Counted from the first letter of the stretch, positions 18,840 to 28,446 are shown. The stretch is 64,000 bases of DNA from an uncultured Bacteroidales bacterium (GCA_947169105.1 CAMVOL010000007.1:6005-70004), one strand, 5' to 3'. Notes: generated from the letters alone by a model not told the origin. Numbers and translations are program-made.

Positions 18840-20093
18840 ATGAATCAGGAATCTTCTTCTTCTGGGGCTATCAACTCGTCGTTTGAGAACATCTCTGACG
18901 TCTTCACTTCCTATTCGGAGATTCCTTCAGAGGGATTCAACTGCTTGTACAAGGCGCAACGATATGGCAAGTGGTTCGTTTTGAAGGGATTGAAGCCCGA
19001 ATACCGTAACCAGACTTTCTATTTGGAATTGCTGACCAAGGAGTTTGAGTTGGGGGTGAAGATGGAACATCCCCATATAGCCCATACTTTCAGCAAGGAG
19101 AACGACCCAGTGGCAGGTCCCTGCATCGTGATGGAGTATGTGGACGGGATGACGCTCCGTGAGTTCTTGGCAGAGAAACCGGATGCCAGAACCCGTCTGA
19201 AGATTGTGCGGGAGCTGCTGTCGGCGATGGTGTACTACCACAGTTTGCAGATCATTCACCGCGACCTCAAGCCCGACAACATCCTGATTACGCGCAACGG
19301 GCACAACGTCAAGCTCATTGACTTCGGATTGGCCGACAGCGACTATCACGGCATTTTGAAGCAGCCGGCGGGAAGCAACCGTTATGCCGCGCCGGAGCAA
19401 GTGGCCGGCGATGTTCCCATCGACCTGCGTGCCGACCTGTATGCCTTCGGGGTCATCCTGCCGCAAATCTTCCCGCACCGTTACAGAGCCATTGCCCGCA
19501 AATGCACCCGCTCCGACCGCGAACAACGTTTCCGTAATGCGGGTGAGATTTTGCAGCGCCTGCAACGGCGGCGCGTCCTTGTTCCAGGCATTACTGCTGC
19601 GGTAGGGATAGTGGCTGTTGTCGGTATAATGGCTTTCCTTGTTCCGCATATTCAGAGTGTCAGCAAAAATGAGACGCAGTCTGAGACTGCCGACTCAGTG
19701 GCGCAAAAACCGCTGCAGCCTGTCAATGTCAAGGATACGGTTGTTGCTGTTGTATCAGACATACCTGAAGATGCTATGAGGCTCATAGATACGAAGTTGG
19801 ATTCGGTTTACAGTCCTGCTTGGAAGTGGTTCCGCGCCGTCACCGCTGATGATTCAGGGATTGATTCGGCAAAAGCGTACGCCATTCTCCGTGAGTCGCT
19901 GGACAGAACGCCCCCGTATAGTCGTGAAAGGCACACAAAAATCGTGAATGAAGTAGTGAAACAATACCCTGCTTGTGAGTCTCAGCGCTGGAAACTGGAG
20001 CAGTATGTAGAACAGAGCAACCTGAATCACCATACGGACTTTAGTGGTGCCGTATTGGAGTTTTGGGAGGAAAAAAAGAAAGCGGTATATTAG
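18840..20093 (+). CDS. Hanks-type Ser/Thr protein kinase with TM helix and extracytoplasmic tail
   Basis: VLKGLK, HRDLKPDNILI, DFGLA, YAAPEQ; TM segment PGITAAVGIVAVVGIMAFLV. Confidence 0.9.
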   Translation: MNQESSSSGAINSSFENISDVFTSYSEIPSEGFNCLYKAQRYGKWFVLKGLKPEYRNQTFYLELLTKEFELGVKMEHPHIAHTFSKENDPVAGPCIVMEYVDGMTLREFLAEKPDARTRLKIVRELLSAMVYYHSLQIIHRDLKPDNILITRNGHNVKLIDFGLADSDYHGILKQPAGSNRYAAPEQVAGDVPIDLRADLYAFGVILPQIFPHRYRAIARKCTRSDREQRFRNAGEILQRLQRRRVLVPGITAAVGIVAVVGIMAFLVPHIQSVSKNETQSETADSVAQKPLQPVNVKDTVVAVVSDIPEDAMRLIDTKLDSVYSPAWKWFRAVTADDSGIDSAKAYAILRESLDRTPPYSRERHTKIVNEVVKQYPACESQRWKLEQYVEQSNLNHHTDFSGAVLEFWEEKKKAVY

Positions 20094-20380
20094 CCAAAAG
20101 TAGTTGGCGAAATCTTTGTAATATTTTGTTTTTCAATAAAATATAGTAGCTTTGATGAAACCAGTTTTATCAAAATTATTTTGCATTAAAAGGTGGTAGA
20201 AGAAGTTCTTTCTTTTTTGCTAAAATATCCCAAATAATTCTATATTTCAAATTTTAATTTTATGGAAAATTTAATAACTATTTTATTTTCAACAGGAAAA
20301 TATTTTTCCAAATACATTGAAAAATAGAAATATCTGCTTTATCTTTGCAGCCGTATAAATGAAATTTAAAACGTTAAATT

Positions 20381-20782
20381 ATGGAGAAGAAGAATCCAAT
20401 TGAAGAGGCACGCCGATATGTGGCCAATGCGGAAGCAATTATCGAGAATGCCTGTTATGATCCTGAGTTGAAAATCTATACGGATGGAAAATATATAAAG
20501 ATAGCAGGGAACACTTTGTGGAATGGCTGCCTTGTCGCACTGGACGCGGTTTTGAACATACGCAAAGGCAAAGGCCGCCCGTCCATCGACAAATATAAGG
20601 CGGCTGCAGGAGAGCGTGACAAAAAGCTGCTGGCCGCCATCGTGGCCGGCTACAATACGATGCACTTGTATATGGGTTACGATGGAGCGAAAGGCAAAAA
20701 ATTATGTGATGAAGGTTTCGAGTACGCCAACGCCATCATCGACCGTTGCGCGCTGTTGTACCCGGGAAAAAAGTGCGCGTGA
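20381..20782 (+). CDS. DUF5618-like helical hypothetical protein
   Basis: EARRYVANA...KYIKIAGNTLWNGCLVALD...YNTMHLYMGYDG pattern; -7 promoter TATCTTTG at 20340. Confidence 0.7.
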   Translation: MEKKNPIEEARRYVANAEAIIENACYDPELKIYTDGKYIKIAGNTLWNGCLVALDAVLNIRKGKGRPSIDKYKAAAGERDKKLLAAIVAGYNTMHLYMGYDGAKGKKLCDEGFEYANAIIDRCALLYPGKKCA

Positions 20783-20886
20783 CGGACAAAGTTAAAAGTT
20801 GAGAGTTGTAGAGGCGTGGCATGCCGCGCCTCAGTGTACCGCGCCTCGGGATTAGAAGTTGGAAAGCAGGGTGGGGGAGTTGCCGG

Positions 20887-23727
20887 TTACGGGCGGGGTT
20901 TTGTCATTTCCTCATATAGACTGAACAGCCGCTCCACGATTTCCGATTCCTGCAAATCTTTTGGCCAGCCGTAGGCGGCGAGCACGGCCTCGTCGTTGGC
21001 GCGGTGGGCGCGGCGTAATTCAATTGGCATCAGCGTGGCGTCGTAAAGGTCGGCGAGACTGCTGTCGGGGTACAGCGCGCGGGCATCGAGAATGGCTTGC
21101 GCGGTTTGCTCGATTTTCTTGCGTTGCTCATCGGTCGGACTGCACCACGGGAAATTGTTGTAAACGTTTGTTACAGTAATGCGGTAATCGCTTTTCAATC
21201 GACCACAAACGGCTCTCATCCACGACATAAAAATGGTCGAAGTTAGGACACCGAAATCGTACAATGATGCATTGGGTATCATTTGCACAGAATTGTTAGC
21301 AATCACTGTATATGGCAGATAATCAATAGGAACGTATTCGCGACTTTCTCCTGACGTTAATGGAAGAAGCAGGTATTTGCCACTTTCTGGTTGTCGGTTT
21401 TCTGTGAAAAGATATGGATAAGCAGCCCATTTTCTTGTGGCCGCTTTAGGGCTTGCCAATCGAAATTGTTTCACTTGTTCTACACGGCGTGCAAGTTCTG
21501 GTATTTTCCGTAGTTCTGTAGGATTCAAGTCAGCACACCAAAGACAATAACGTTTTATGCCATGTAAAAAGGTCTGACCATTTGCTGTCTCACGTAAGAA
21601 TTTTGCGGCATCTGGGGTTTTCTTCACAATGCTATTATACTCTTCTTCAGTAAAATAGAAAGCACCATCATCTGTGCCTTGACTTCCTTTGTTCATTATG
21701 GAAACGCCCGTACATAAAGGTTCTTTCCTATTCTCTATAAACACCGTCGGCGCATCGAGCAAATACGGATTTATATTGCGAGCAACGTGTTTTTCGCCGT
21801 TTTCATCGAAAATGATTTTGTCTTTTTGTAGGTTGTTTTTATCGCTGAAACCCACAATCACGCAATGCACATGCGCCTTTTGGTTCGATTCGCTGTCCCA
21901 CCTGAACGTGCGCCACGCAAAATCAATCTGCAAATTGCATTTTTCAAACAACGGTTTCCACAATGCGGCGACCTGCTCGCCTTGCGTTATCGAGTTGGTA
22001 GAAACAAGGGCGCAGCGTGTATTTGTGCCGTTTATCAATTCCGCGGCCTTTTTGTACCACGCCCCAACATAATCAATATTGCTACCAAAATCAGGCATAA
22101 TCAATTGTAAATCATCTTTTTGTTCTTTCGTTTGGAAAGAATACCCCACAAACGGCGGGTTGCCAATGATATAGTCGTAATGGTGCGCTTCACCGTCGGT
22201 TTCGGTAGTGAAGCCGCTGAACAGTCCGCTTGTGGGCGCGGCGCCGTCGCCAAGGGGTTTCAAAGTTGCCCAGTCCATCCGCAGGGCGTTGCCCTCAACA
22301 ATGAAAGCGTTGGTGGTTAGCGGAAGGAAATCAATATTTTGGCTCAGAATGGCTTCGGTTTCGCGAATCATCTGGCTTTCGGCAATCCACAGCGCGGTTT
22401 TGGCCACGGTCACGGCAAAATCGTTGATCTCGATGCCATAGAACTGGCTGATTTTCACGTGGATGAAATCGTCGAACCCCAACAGGCGCTCGCCTCGGTT
22501 CAAGGCCGAAATCACACGGTTTTCCAACCGCCGCAGCGACAAATAGGTCTCTGTCAGGAAGTTGCCGCTGCCACAGGCAGGGTCAAGAAACCGCAATGCA
22601 CCCAATTTTTGTTGGAAATCGAACAATTTTTGGTTGCGTTCGCGTAGAGACGCACGGCCGTGCGTCTCTACAATAGATTGAAATTCAGCAGTCAACCCAT
22701 CCATAAACAGCGGGTCAATCACCTTGTGTATGTTCTGCACGCTCGTGTAGTGCATTCCTCCCTTGCGGCGTGTTTCCGGATTCAGTGTGCTCTCAAACAC
22801 CGCGCCGAAAATGGTGGGCGAGATCTCTGACCAGTTGAACGGGGCGCAATGGTCGCAAAGAACATCCACAATCTCGTCGGTAAAATTCGGTATTTCAATA
22901 TTTTCCGCCGCAAAGAGTCCGCCGTTCACGTAGGGGAACGGTTGCAGTTTCAGGTCGTAGCGGTCGCGATTCTCAATTTTGGTATCTAATGCCTTGAATA
23001 ACTTTATAATTGCATCGCGCGTGTTTTCAATGGAGAAAGAACGGATGTAGTCCTCGAAAGCCGTGCGTGTGGCAAAAAGCCCCGCATCTTCGGCATAAAG
23101 GCAGAACACCAGCCGCACGCACAGAATGTTGAGCGAGCGAAGGCTCTGCTCGTCGTTAGGGTTGATGTACTGCTTGATAAGCGCGTCGTAGAGTTTGCCA
23201 ACCAGCACGCCCGCATGCAACGAGAGTTCCTCCTCGCGGCGCAGATAGTCGTGGCGCGCATCGGCCAGGAATTGCAGCCGATAATGCTCTTTCCGGAGGT
23301 CTTTCAGGAAGATTTGTTCTGGCGCGCTGCCCGGTTTTTCAAGGTCGTAAACCAGAAATTCTTGGAAGTTGCAGACCACAATCCAGCGTGGCCGCAGCGA
23401 GTTCGGCATCTCATCGGCATAGCGTTTGGCCTGCTCGTAGGGCGTGAGCACGCTGCCGTCGCTCTGCTCGTAGGCGCGGTGCAGGTCAACCTTTGCACCT
23501 TTCTGTTCAATAAGAACCTTTGTATCAGGAATATACGCATCGATAAACGACGTGTGCGAGAGCTTCACGCGTTTTTCAAATTCAATGTATTTGGCAGGAT
23601 CGTCGATGCCTAAAACATTTTGTAGCAAGTCAATCCAGAAACGTGAGGTCTCCTGTTTCTCATCGCCTTTACCCGCCCAAAATTCGGTAAATGCAGCGGC
23701 GGCTTTTGTCTGTTCGGTTGGTGTCAT
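20887..23727 (-). CDS. MmeI-like type IIL restriction-modification enzyme (endonuclease + m6A methyltransferase + TRD)
   Basis: N-terminal IDAYIP...LIEQK nuclease motif, motif I LDPACGSGNFL, motif IV IGNPPF, MmeI-type C-terminus LADLYD...LRRAHRANDEAVLAAYG; start trimmed to MTPTEQ. Confidence 0.92.
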   Translation of the reverse strand: MTPTEQTKAAAAFTEFWAGKGDEKQETSRFWIDLLQNVLGIDDPAKYIEFEKRVKLSHTSFIDAYIPDTKVLIEQKGAKVDLHRAYEQSDGSVLTPYEQAKRYADEMPNSLRPRWIVVCNFQEFLVYDLEKPGSAPEQIFLKDLRKEHYRLQFLADARHDYLRREEELSLHAGVLVGKLYDALIKQYINPNDEQSLRSLNILCVRLVFCLYAEDAGLFATRTAFEDYIRSFSIENTRDAIIKLFKALDTKIENRDRYDLKLQPFPYVNGGLFAAENIEIPNFTDEIVDVLCDHCAPFNWSEISPTIFGAVFESTLNPETRRKGGMHYTSVQNIHKVIDPLFMDGLTAEFQSIVETHGRASLRERNQKLFDFQQKLGALRFLDPACGSGNFLTETYLSLRRLENRVISALNRGERLLGFDDFIHVKISQFYGIEINDFAVTVAKTALWIAESQMIRETEAILSQNIDFLPLTTNAFIVEGNALRMDWATLKPLGDGAAPTSGLFSGFTTETDGEAHHYDYIIGNPPFVGYSFQTKEQKDDLQLIMPDFGSNIDYVGAWYKKAAELINGTNTRCALVSTNSITQGEQVAALWKPLFEKCNLQIDFAWRTFRWDSESNQKAHVHCVIVGFSDKNNLQKDKIIFDENGEKHVARNINPYLLDAPTVFIENRKEPLCTGVSIMNKGSQGTDDGAFYFTEEEYNSIVKKTPDAAKFLRETANGQTFLHGIKRYCLWCADLNPTELRKIPELARRVEQVKQFRLASPKAATRKWAAYPYLFTENRQPESGKYLLLPLTSGESREYVPIDYLPYTVIANNSVQMIPNASLYDFGVLTSTIFMSWMRAVCGRLKSDYRITVTNVYNNFPWCSPTDEQRKKIEQTAQAILDARALYPDSSLADLYDATLMPIELRRAHRANDEAVLAAYGWPKDLQESEIVERLFSLYEEMTKPRP
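22644..22671. repeat. Perfect 28-bp REP-like palindrome GTAGAGACGCACGGCCGTGCGTCTCTAC, inside the MmeI CDS
   Basis: Self-complementary; identical copy at 53941-53968, variants at 27766-27792 and 20808-20833. Confidence 0.9.
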
Positions 23728-23762
23728 TATGCCTGAAGAGATGCTTTTTCTGAAACTCTGAA

Positions 23763-24677
23763 CTACTTGTCCGTCCCGATACGGGACTCGATAATCTTTG
23801 ACCAGAGTTTTGAAACATTGGTGCTGGCTTCGGCGTGGTTGAGGAAGCACTCCATCGTGTTCTTCAGCAGCATTGCGATGGTCAGCGGACCTACGCCGCC
23901 CGGAACCGGCGTGATGTATCCCGCCACTTCGCAGGCCGCATCGAAATCTACGTCGCCCACCAGCTTGCCCTCAGCATTACGGGTGATGCCCACATCAATG
24001 ACCACCGCCCCCGGCTTGATCATATCGGCCGTAATCAGTTTCTCTTTTCCGACGGCAACTACTAGAATATCAGCCAGTAACGTCATCGCCTTCAAGTCCT
24101 TTGTATGGGTGTGCGTCATAATGACGGTGGCGTTCTCGTCCAACAGAATCTTGGCCACCGGCTTGCCGACGATGTTGCTGCGCCCGACCACTACAGCGGT
24201 CTTACCGTCAATCGTAACGCCCGTACTCATAATGAGTTGCACGATGCCTTTAGGCGTGCAGGGCACAATGCCGTGCATTCCCTGCCACAGTTCACCTACA
24301 TTCAGCGGGTGGAACCCATCCACATCCTTGCCTTTGTCAATGGCTTGGATGATGTGGTACTCGTTAAGGTGCTTTGGGATAGGAAGTTGTACCAAAATGC
24401 CGTCCACGAGCGGGTCTTCGTTCAGCACGTGAATCAGGTCCAAAAGTTCCTTCTCCGTGATGGTCGGCTCCAACGCGATGAGACGGGAGTCCATCCCGAC
24501 GGAGGCAGCGGCGGCCAGTTTGTGCTTCACGTAACGTTGGCTGCCCTCATCATTACCGACCAGAATAATGTAAAGGGAGGGACGACGCCCGTACTTGGCT
24601 TCCAAGTTGGGCATCTGGGTACTCATTTTCTCCTTAATACGAGTGGCAAGTGCTTTTCCATCAATGATTTGAGCCAT
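23763..24677 (-). CDS. folD: Methylenetetrahydrofolate dehydrogenase/cyclohydrolase
   Basis: KDVDGFHP, PCTPKG, GRSNIVGKP, TPVPGGVGPLT. Confidence 0.97.
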   Translation of the reverse strand: MAQIIDGKALATRIKEKMSTQMPNLEAKYGRRPSLYIILVGNDEGSQRYVKHKLAAAASVGMDSRLIALEPTITEKELLDLIHVLNEDPLVDGILVQLPIPKHLNEYHIIQAIDKGKDVDGFHPLNVGELWQGMHGIVPCTPKGIVQLIMSTGVTIDGKTAVVVGRSNIVGKPVAKILLDENATVIMTHTHTKDLKAMTLLADILVVAVGKEKLITADMIKPGAVVIDVGITRNAEGKLVGDVDFDAACEVAGYITPVPGGVGPLTIAMLLKNTMECFLNHAEASTNVSKLWSKIIESRIGTDK

Positions 24678-24687
24678 AATTATTTGG

Positions 24688-24762
24688 GATTTGAGAGATT
24701 CAAAAGATTTGAGAGATTTGAGAGATTTGAGAGATTTGAGAGATTTGAGAGATTTGAAGATT
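24688..24762. repeat. Tandem GATTTGAGA nonamer array (about 8 units) filling the purD-folD spacer
   Basis: Directly visible tandem repeat. Confidence 0.9.
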
Positions 24763-26013
24763 CTATAATGCCCAGTGGGCGATGTCGTTCCGGTGGAAGA
24801 GATTGTCGCAGTGGATTTTGTCGATTTCCGAATAGACGCGGGCTTTTGCTTCCGTGTGGTTCGCGCCTTTGCTCACCACCATCAGCACGCGGCCGCCATT
24901 GGTCATCAGCGTACCCTCCTTACGGACGGTGCCCATGTGGAAAACGGTGTCTTCGACGTTCTCCAATCCGCTGATTACGTGACCTTTCTCGTAGCTTCCC
25001 GGGTAACCTTTCGAGGCGAGCACCACACCCATCGTCACTTCGTCCGACCATTTCGGCGTCTGCGACGGTGTCGTCCCCGTGGCCACTGCCATAAAGATAT
25101 CGTAAATGTCGCTTTCCAACAAAGGAAGTACCACCTCGGTTTCGGGATCGCCAAAGCGGGCGTTGAACTCGATGACCTTGATGCCCGTGGGGGTCTTCAT
25201 CAGTCCGCCGTACAGCACACCCGATAGGGGAGTACCCTCTTCATTCATTGCTTTAGCAGTCTTGCACAAAATATTGTCGTATGCGAATTTACGGTCTTCT
25301 TCTGTAATGAACGGCAGAGAGGTGTAGGCACCCATCCCGCCCGTGTTCGGACCCTTGTCACCGTCGAAGGCACGTTTGTGGTCTTGCGCCAGCGGCATCG
25401 GATAGACGTTGTCCCTGTCCACAAAACACATGAACGAAAATTCGGGACCGGTGAGGAAATCTTCGACAATCACCTTGCCTTTGCCATAGGTCGTATCCAA
25501 CAGCATGGATTTCAGTGCGTCGCGGGCTTCGTCCAACGTTTCGGCTATCACCACCCCTTTTCCAGCGGCAAGTCCGTCGTACTTGAGGACGGCGGGGAAC
25601 GGACGGGTACTCACGTAGGCCAATGCGGCGTCGTAGTCCTCGAAGCTCTCGTACGCTGCCGACGGAATCCCATATTTCAGCATCAGCTTCTTGGCAAACT
25701 CTTTGCTGCTTTCGATCTGCGTGGCCGCTTGGGTGTGACCGAAAATTTTCAGCCCTTCGGCACGGAACGCATCAACGATGCCGACAGCGAGGGCGGCTTC
25801 CGGACCCACTACGGTCAAGTCAACCTTCTGATCTTTTGCAAATTGCAGAAGACCAGCGACATCCGTATCCTTAATAGCTACATTCGTGGCGATAGCAGCG
25901 GTGCCTGCATTTCCAGGGGCACAGAAAATTTCCGTCACCTGCGGCGAACGGTGGAGGGCATCCGCAATGGCATGCTCGCGTCCGCCGGAACCAATGACCA
26001 ATACTTTATTCAT
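24763..26013 (-). CDS. purD: Phosphoribosylamine--glycine ligase
   Basis: GSGGREHA, APGNAG, DGLAAGKGV, GPNTGGMG, EFNARFGDPE. Confidence 0.98.
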   Translation of the reverse strand: MNKVLVIGSGGREHAIADALHRSPQVTEIFCAPGNAGTAAIATNVAIKDTDVAGLLQFAKDQKVDLTVVGPEAALAVGIVDAFRAEGLKIFGHTQAATQIESSKEFAKKLMLKYGIPSAAYESFEDYDAALAYVSTRPFPAVLKYDGLAAGKGVVIAETLDEARDALKSMLLDTTYGKGKVIVEDFLTGPEFSFMCFVDRDNVYPMPLAQDHKRAFDGDKGPNTGGMGAYTSLPFITEEDRKFAYDNILCKTAKAMNEEGTPLSGVLYGGLMKTPTGIKVIEFNARFGDPETEVVLPLLESDIYDIFMAVATGTTPSQTPKWSDEVTMGVVLASKGYPGSYEKGHVISGLENVEDTVFHMGTVRKEGTLMTNGGRVLMVVSKGANHTEAKARVYSEIDKIHCDNLFHRNDIAHWAL

Positions 26014-26016
26014 AGG

Positions 26017-26197
26017 GATTTGAGAGATTTGATGATTTGAAAGATTTGAGAGATTTGAGAGATTTGATGATTTGAAAGATTTGAAAGATTTGAAGATTTG
26101 AGAGATTTGAAAGATTTGATGATTTGAAGATTTGAGAGATTTGTGAATGCGCGAATCTTTGAATTTTTTGAATTTTTTAAATCTTTTGAATCTTTTT
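26017..26197. repeat. GATTTGA(GA/AA/T/A) array (about 15 units) plus core and T-rich inverse arm, filling the purH-purD spacer
   Basis: Directly visible 8-9-nt units at 26017-26143, then AATCTTT/GAATTTTTT units. Confidence 0.9.
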
Positions 26198-27725
26198 AAT
26201 GTTTGAAGTGACGAACGCCGGTGAACAGCATTGTGATGCCGAGTTCATTGGCTTTCTTGATGGCGTCTTCGTCGCGGATGCTGCCGCCGGGCTGCACAAT
26301 GGCTGTCACGCCATACTGGTGGGCAAGCACGACGGTGTCGTCGAAGGGGAGGAAGCCGTCGGAAGCCAGCACCAGACCTTCGGTGTAGCCAGCGGCGTGT
26401 GCCTGTTTCAGAGCGATTTCTGCGGAGCCGACACGGTTGGTCTGGCCGGCACCGATACCGAGCGTGTGGTTGTCTTTCACCACCGCAATGGCATTGGATT
26501 TCACGTGTTTGACGATTCTCCAGCCGAAGGCCATATCCGCCATCTGCTTGTCGTTCGGTTTCACGTCGGTGACACACATATCGGTAGTGACGTTTTCAAT
26601 CTGTGTGTCAAGTTGTTGCGCCAGAAGTCCGCCAACTACGCCGACATATTGCGGCACGGGGGCGTTGGTTTTGGTCATATCGACTTCCATCACGCGGAGG
26701 TTCTTCTTGGTGCTGAGGATTTCCATTGCTTCCGGGGTGAACGACGGCGCGATGACGATTTCGAGGAAGATCGGTTTCATCCCTTCTGCAATCGTCTTGG
26801 TCAGCGGGCGGTTCATGGCGACGATACCGCCGTAAATGCTTACCTTGTCGGCTTCGTACGCGGCCTGCCATGCCTCTTCGATGGTGGGGGCCACGGCCGC
26901 ACCGCACGGGTTCATGTGCTTGAGAGCCACGCAGAACGGTTCGTCAAAATCGCGGACCACGTTCAAAGCGGCGTTAGCGTCCTGGATATTGTTGTAGGAT
27001 AACTCCTTGCCTTGCAGTTGCTTGCCGAAAGCGAGGGAGTAGGGGACGGGCGTAGCGGCAGCGTAGAAGTTGGCCGTCTGGTGCGGGTTCTCGCCGTAGC
27101 GCAGGGGCTGTTTGAGATCGTATTCCAAGAAAAGCTTCTCGTTCAAACCGGCCTGTTTGCGCATATATGTGGCGATGCAGCAGTCGTATTCGGCGGTGTG
27201 CGTGTAGGCTTTGGCCGACAGTTTGAGGCGGGTTTCGCGGGAAGTGTTTCCGTTGGCGCGGATTTCGGCAATCACGGTGTCGTAGTCGGCGGGGTCGCAG
27301 ACGATGGTGACATCGTGCCAGTTTTTGGCAGCACTGCGCACCATGGACGGTCCGCCGATGTCGATTTTTTCGATGGCTTCCTCTAAGGTAACGCCTTCTT
27401 TTGCAATGGTTTGCTTAAAAGGATACAGGTTCACGCAAACGAGATCAATAGTCTCGATTTGCTGCTCTTTCAAAATTTGCATGTGTTCAGGCACATCGCG
27501 GCGGGCGAGGATACCGCCGTGAACGTTCGGATGGAGGGTCTTTACGCGCCCGTCCAGGATCTCCGGAAATCCGGTCACGTCGCTGATGTTGATGGTGCGT
27601 ACACCGTTATCTTCCAGAAGGGTCTGCGTGCCACCGGTGGCAATGATTTCCCAGCCCAGTTCCTGCAGCTGCTGCACAAAAGGAACCAGATTCGTTTTGT
27701 CGCTTACGCTTACTAATGCTCTCAT
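26196..27725 (-). CDS. purH: Bifunctional AICAR transformylase / IMP cyclohydrolase
   Basis: ALVSVSDK, GRVKTLHP, IDIGGP, LRYGENPHQ, KHVKSNAI. Confidence 0.98.
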   Translation of the reverse strand: MRALVSVSDKTNLVPFVQQLQELGWEIIATGGTQTLLEDNGVRTINISDVTGFPEILDGRVKTLHPNVHGGILARRDVPEHMQILKEQQIETIDLVCVNLYPFKQTIAKEGVTLEEAIEKIDIGGPSMVRSAAKNWHDVTIVCDPADYDTVIAEIRANGNTSRETRLKLSAKAYTHTAEYDCCIATYMRKQAGLNEKLFLEYDLKQPLRYGENPHQTANFYAAATPVPYSLAFGKQLQGKELSYNNIQDANAALNVVRDFDEPFCVALKHMNPCGAAVAPTIEEAWQAAYEADKVSIYGGIVAMNRPLTKTIAEGMKPIFLEIVIAPSFTPEAMEILSTKKNLRVMEVDMTKTNAPVPQYVGVVGGLLAQQLDTQIENVTTDMCVTDVKPNDKQMADMAFGWRIVKHVKSNAIAVVKDNHTLGIGAGQTNRVGSAEIALKQAHAAGYTEGLVLASDGFLPFDDTVVLAHQYGVTAIVQPGGSIRDEDAIKKANELGITMLFTGVRHFKH

Positions 27726-27876
27726 TTTTTGTTTAAAGTTTATAAAGTTACAAGTTTTTCAGGTTGTAGAGACGCACAGCCGTGCGTCTGACTGTCATTT
27801 TCGGTATGAGGTGATAGGTAGGAAGTGAAAGTTCCCCTTCTATATAGAAGGGGTGGCCGAAGGCCGGGGTAGTAGA

Positions 27877-28446
27877 TCAAATCAGCAGTTCCCTTATCGT
27901 ATCCACATAAATCTCGTGTTCGATTTTCTGACCGAGGCGGTGGACTTCGGCGGGGTCGTTGCCCTCGTAGGGGAAGGCGCGTTGGGCGATGATCTTGCCG
28001 CCGTCCAGTGTCTCATCCACGAAATGGACGGTGATGCCATAGACCTTAACGCCGTAGGCGACAGCGTCTTCCACAGCGTGCGCCCCTTTGAAGGCGGGCA
28101 GCAGCGACGGGTGGATGTTGATGATTTTCCCACGGTAGGCGTTCAGCAGCACGCCTGACACGATGCGCATATAGCCGGCGAGGCAGACGAGGTCCACCTG
28201 GCGGGCTTGCAGCATTTCCACGATTTCCTTTTCGTAGTCGGCTTTACTGGCGTAGGATTTCGGGCTGAACACAAAGCTCTCTATTCCAAACCGTTGTGCA
28301 CGTTCGATGACGAGGGCGCCAGGCTTGTCGCACACCATCAGCACCACTTCGGCATCCAATCGGCCGTCGGCACAAGCCGCGGCAATCGCCTCAAAATTGG
28401 TGCCAGAACCGCTGGCAAAAACTGCAAGTTTCTTCTTTTGAGTCAT
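27877..28446 (-). CDS. purN: Phosphoribosylglycinamide formyltransferase
   Basis: FASGSGTNF, LAGYMRI, NIHPSLLP. Confidence 0.97.
   Translation of the reverse strand: MTQKKKLAVFASGSGTNFEAIAAACADGRLDAEVVLMVCDKPGALVIERAQRFGIESFVFSPKSYASKADYEKEIVEMLQARQVDLVCLAGYMRIVSGVLLNAYRGKIINIHPSLLPAFKGAHAVEDAVAYGVKVYGITVHFVDETLDGGKIIAQRAFPYEGNDPAEVHRLGQKIEHEIYVDTIRELLI

Noticed and set aside
24688-26197. Possible CRISPR or coding repeat in the GATTTGAGA arrays
   Set aside because: Units are 8-9 nt, intergenic and spacer-less; the FERFERFER ORF (24105-24974) is antisense to folD and purD.
27726-27876. ZTP (pfl) riboswitch upstream of purH
   Set aside because: The conserved GGGAGC and CGCCTGGGC elements are not seen; the spacer is explained by repeats.
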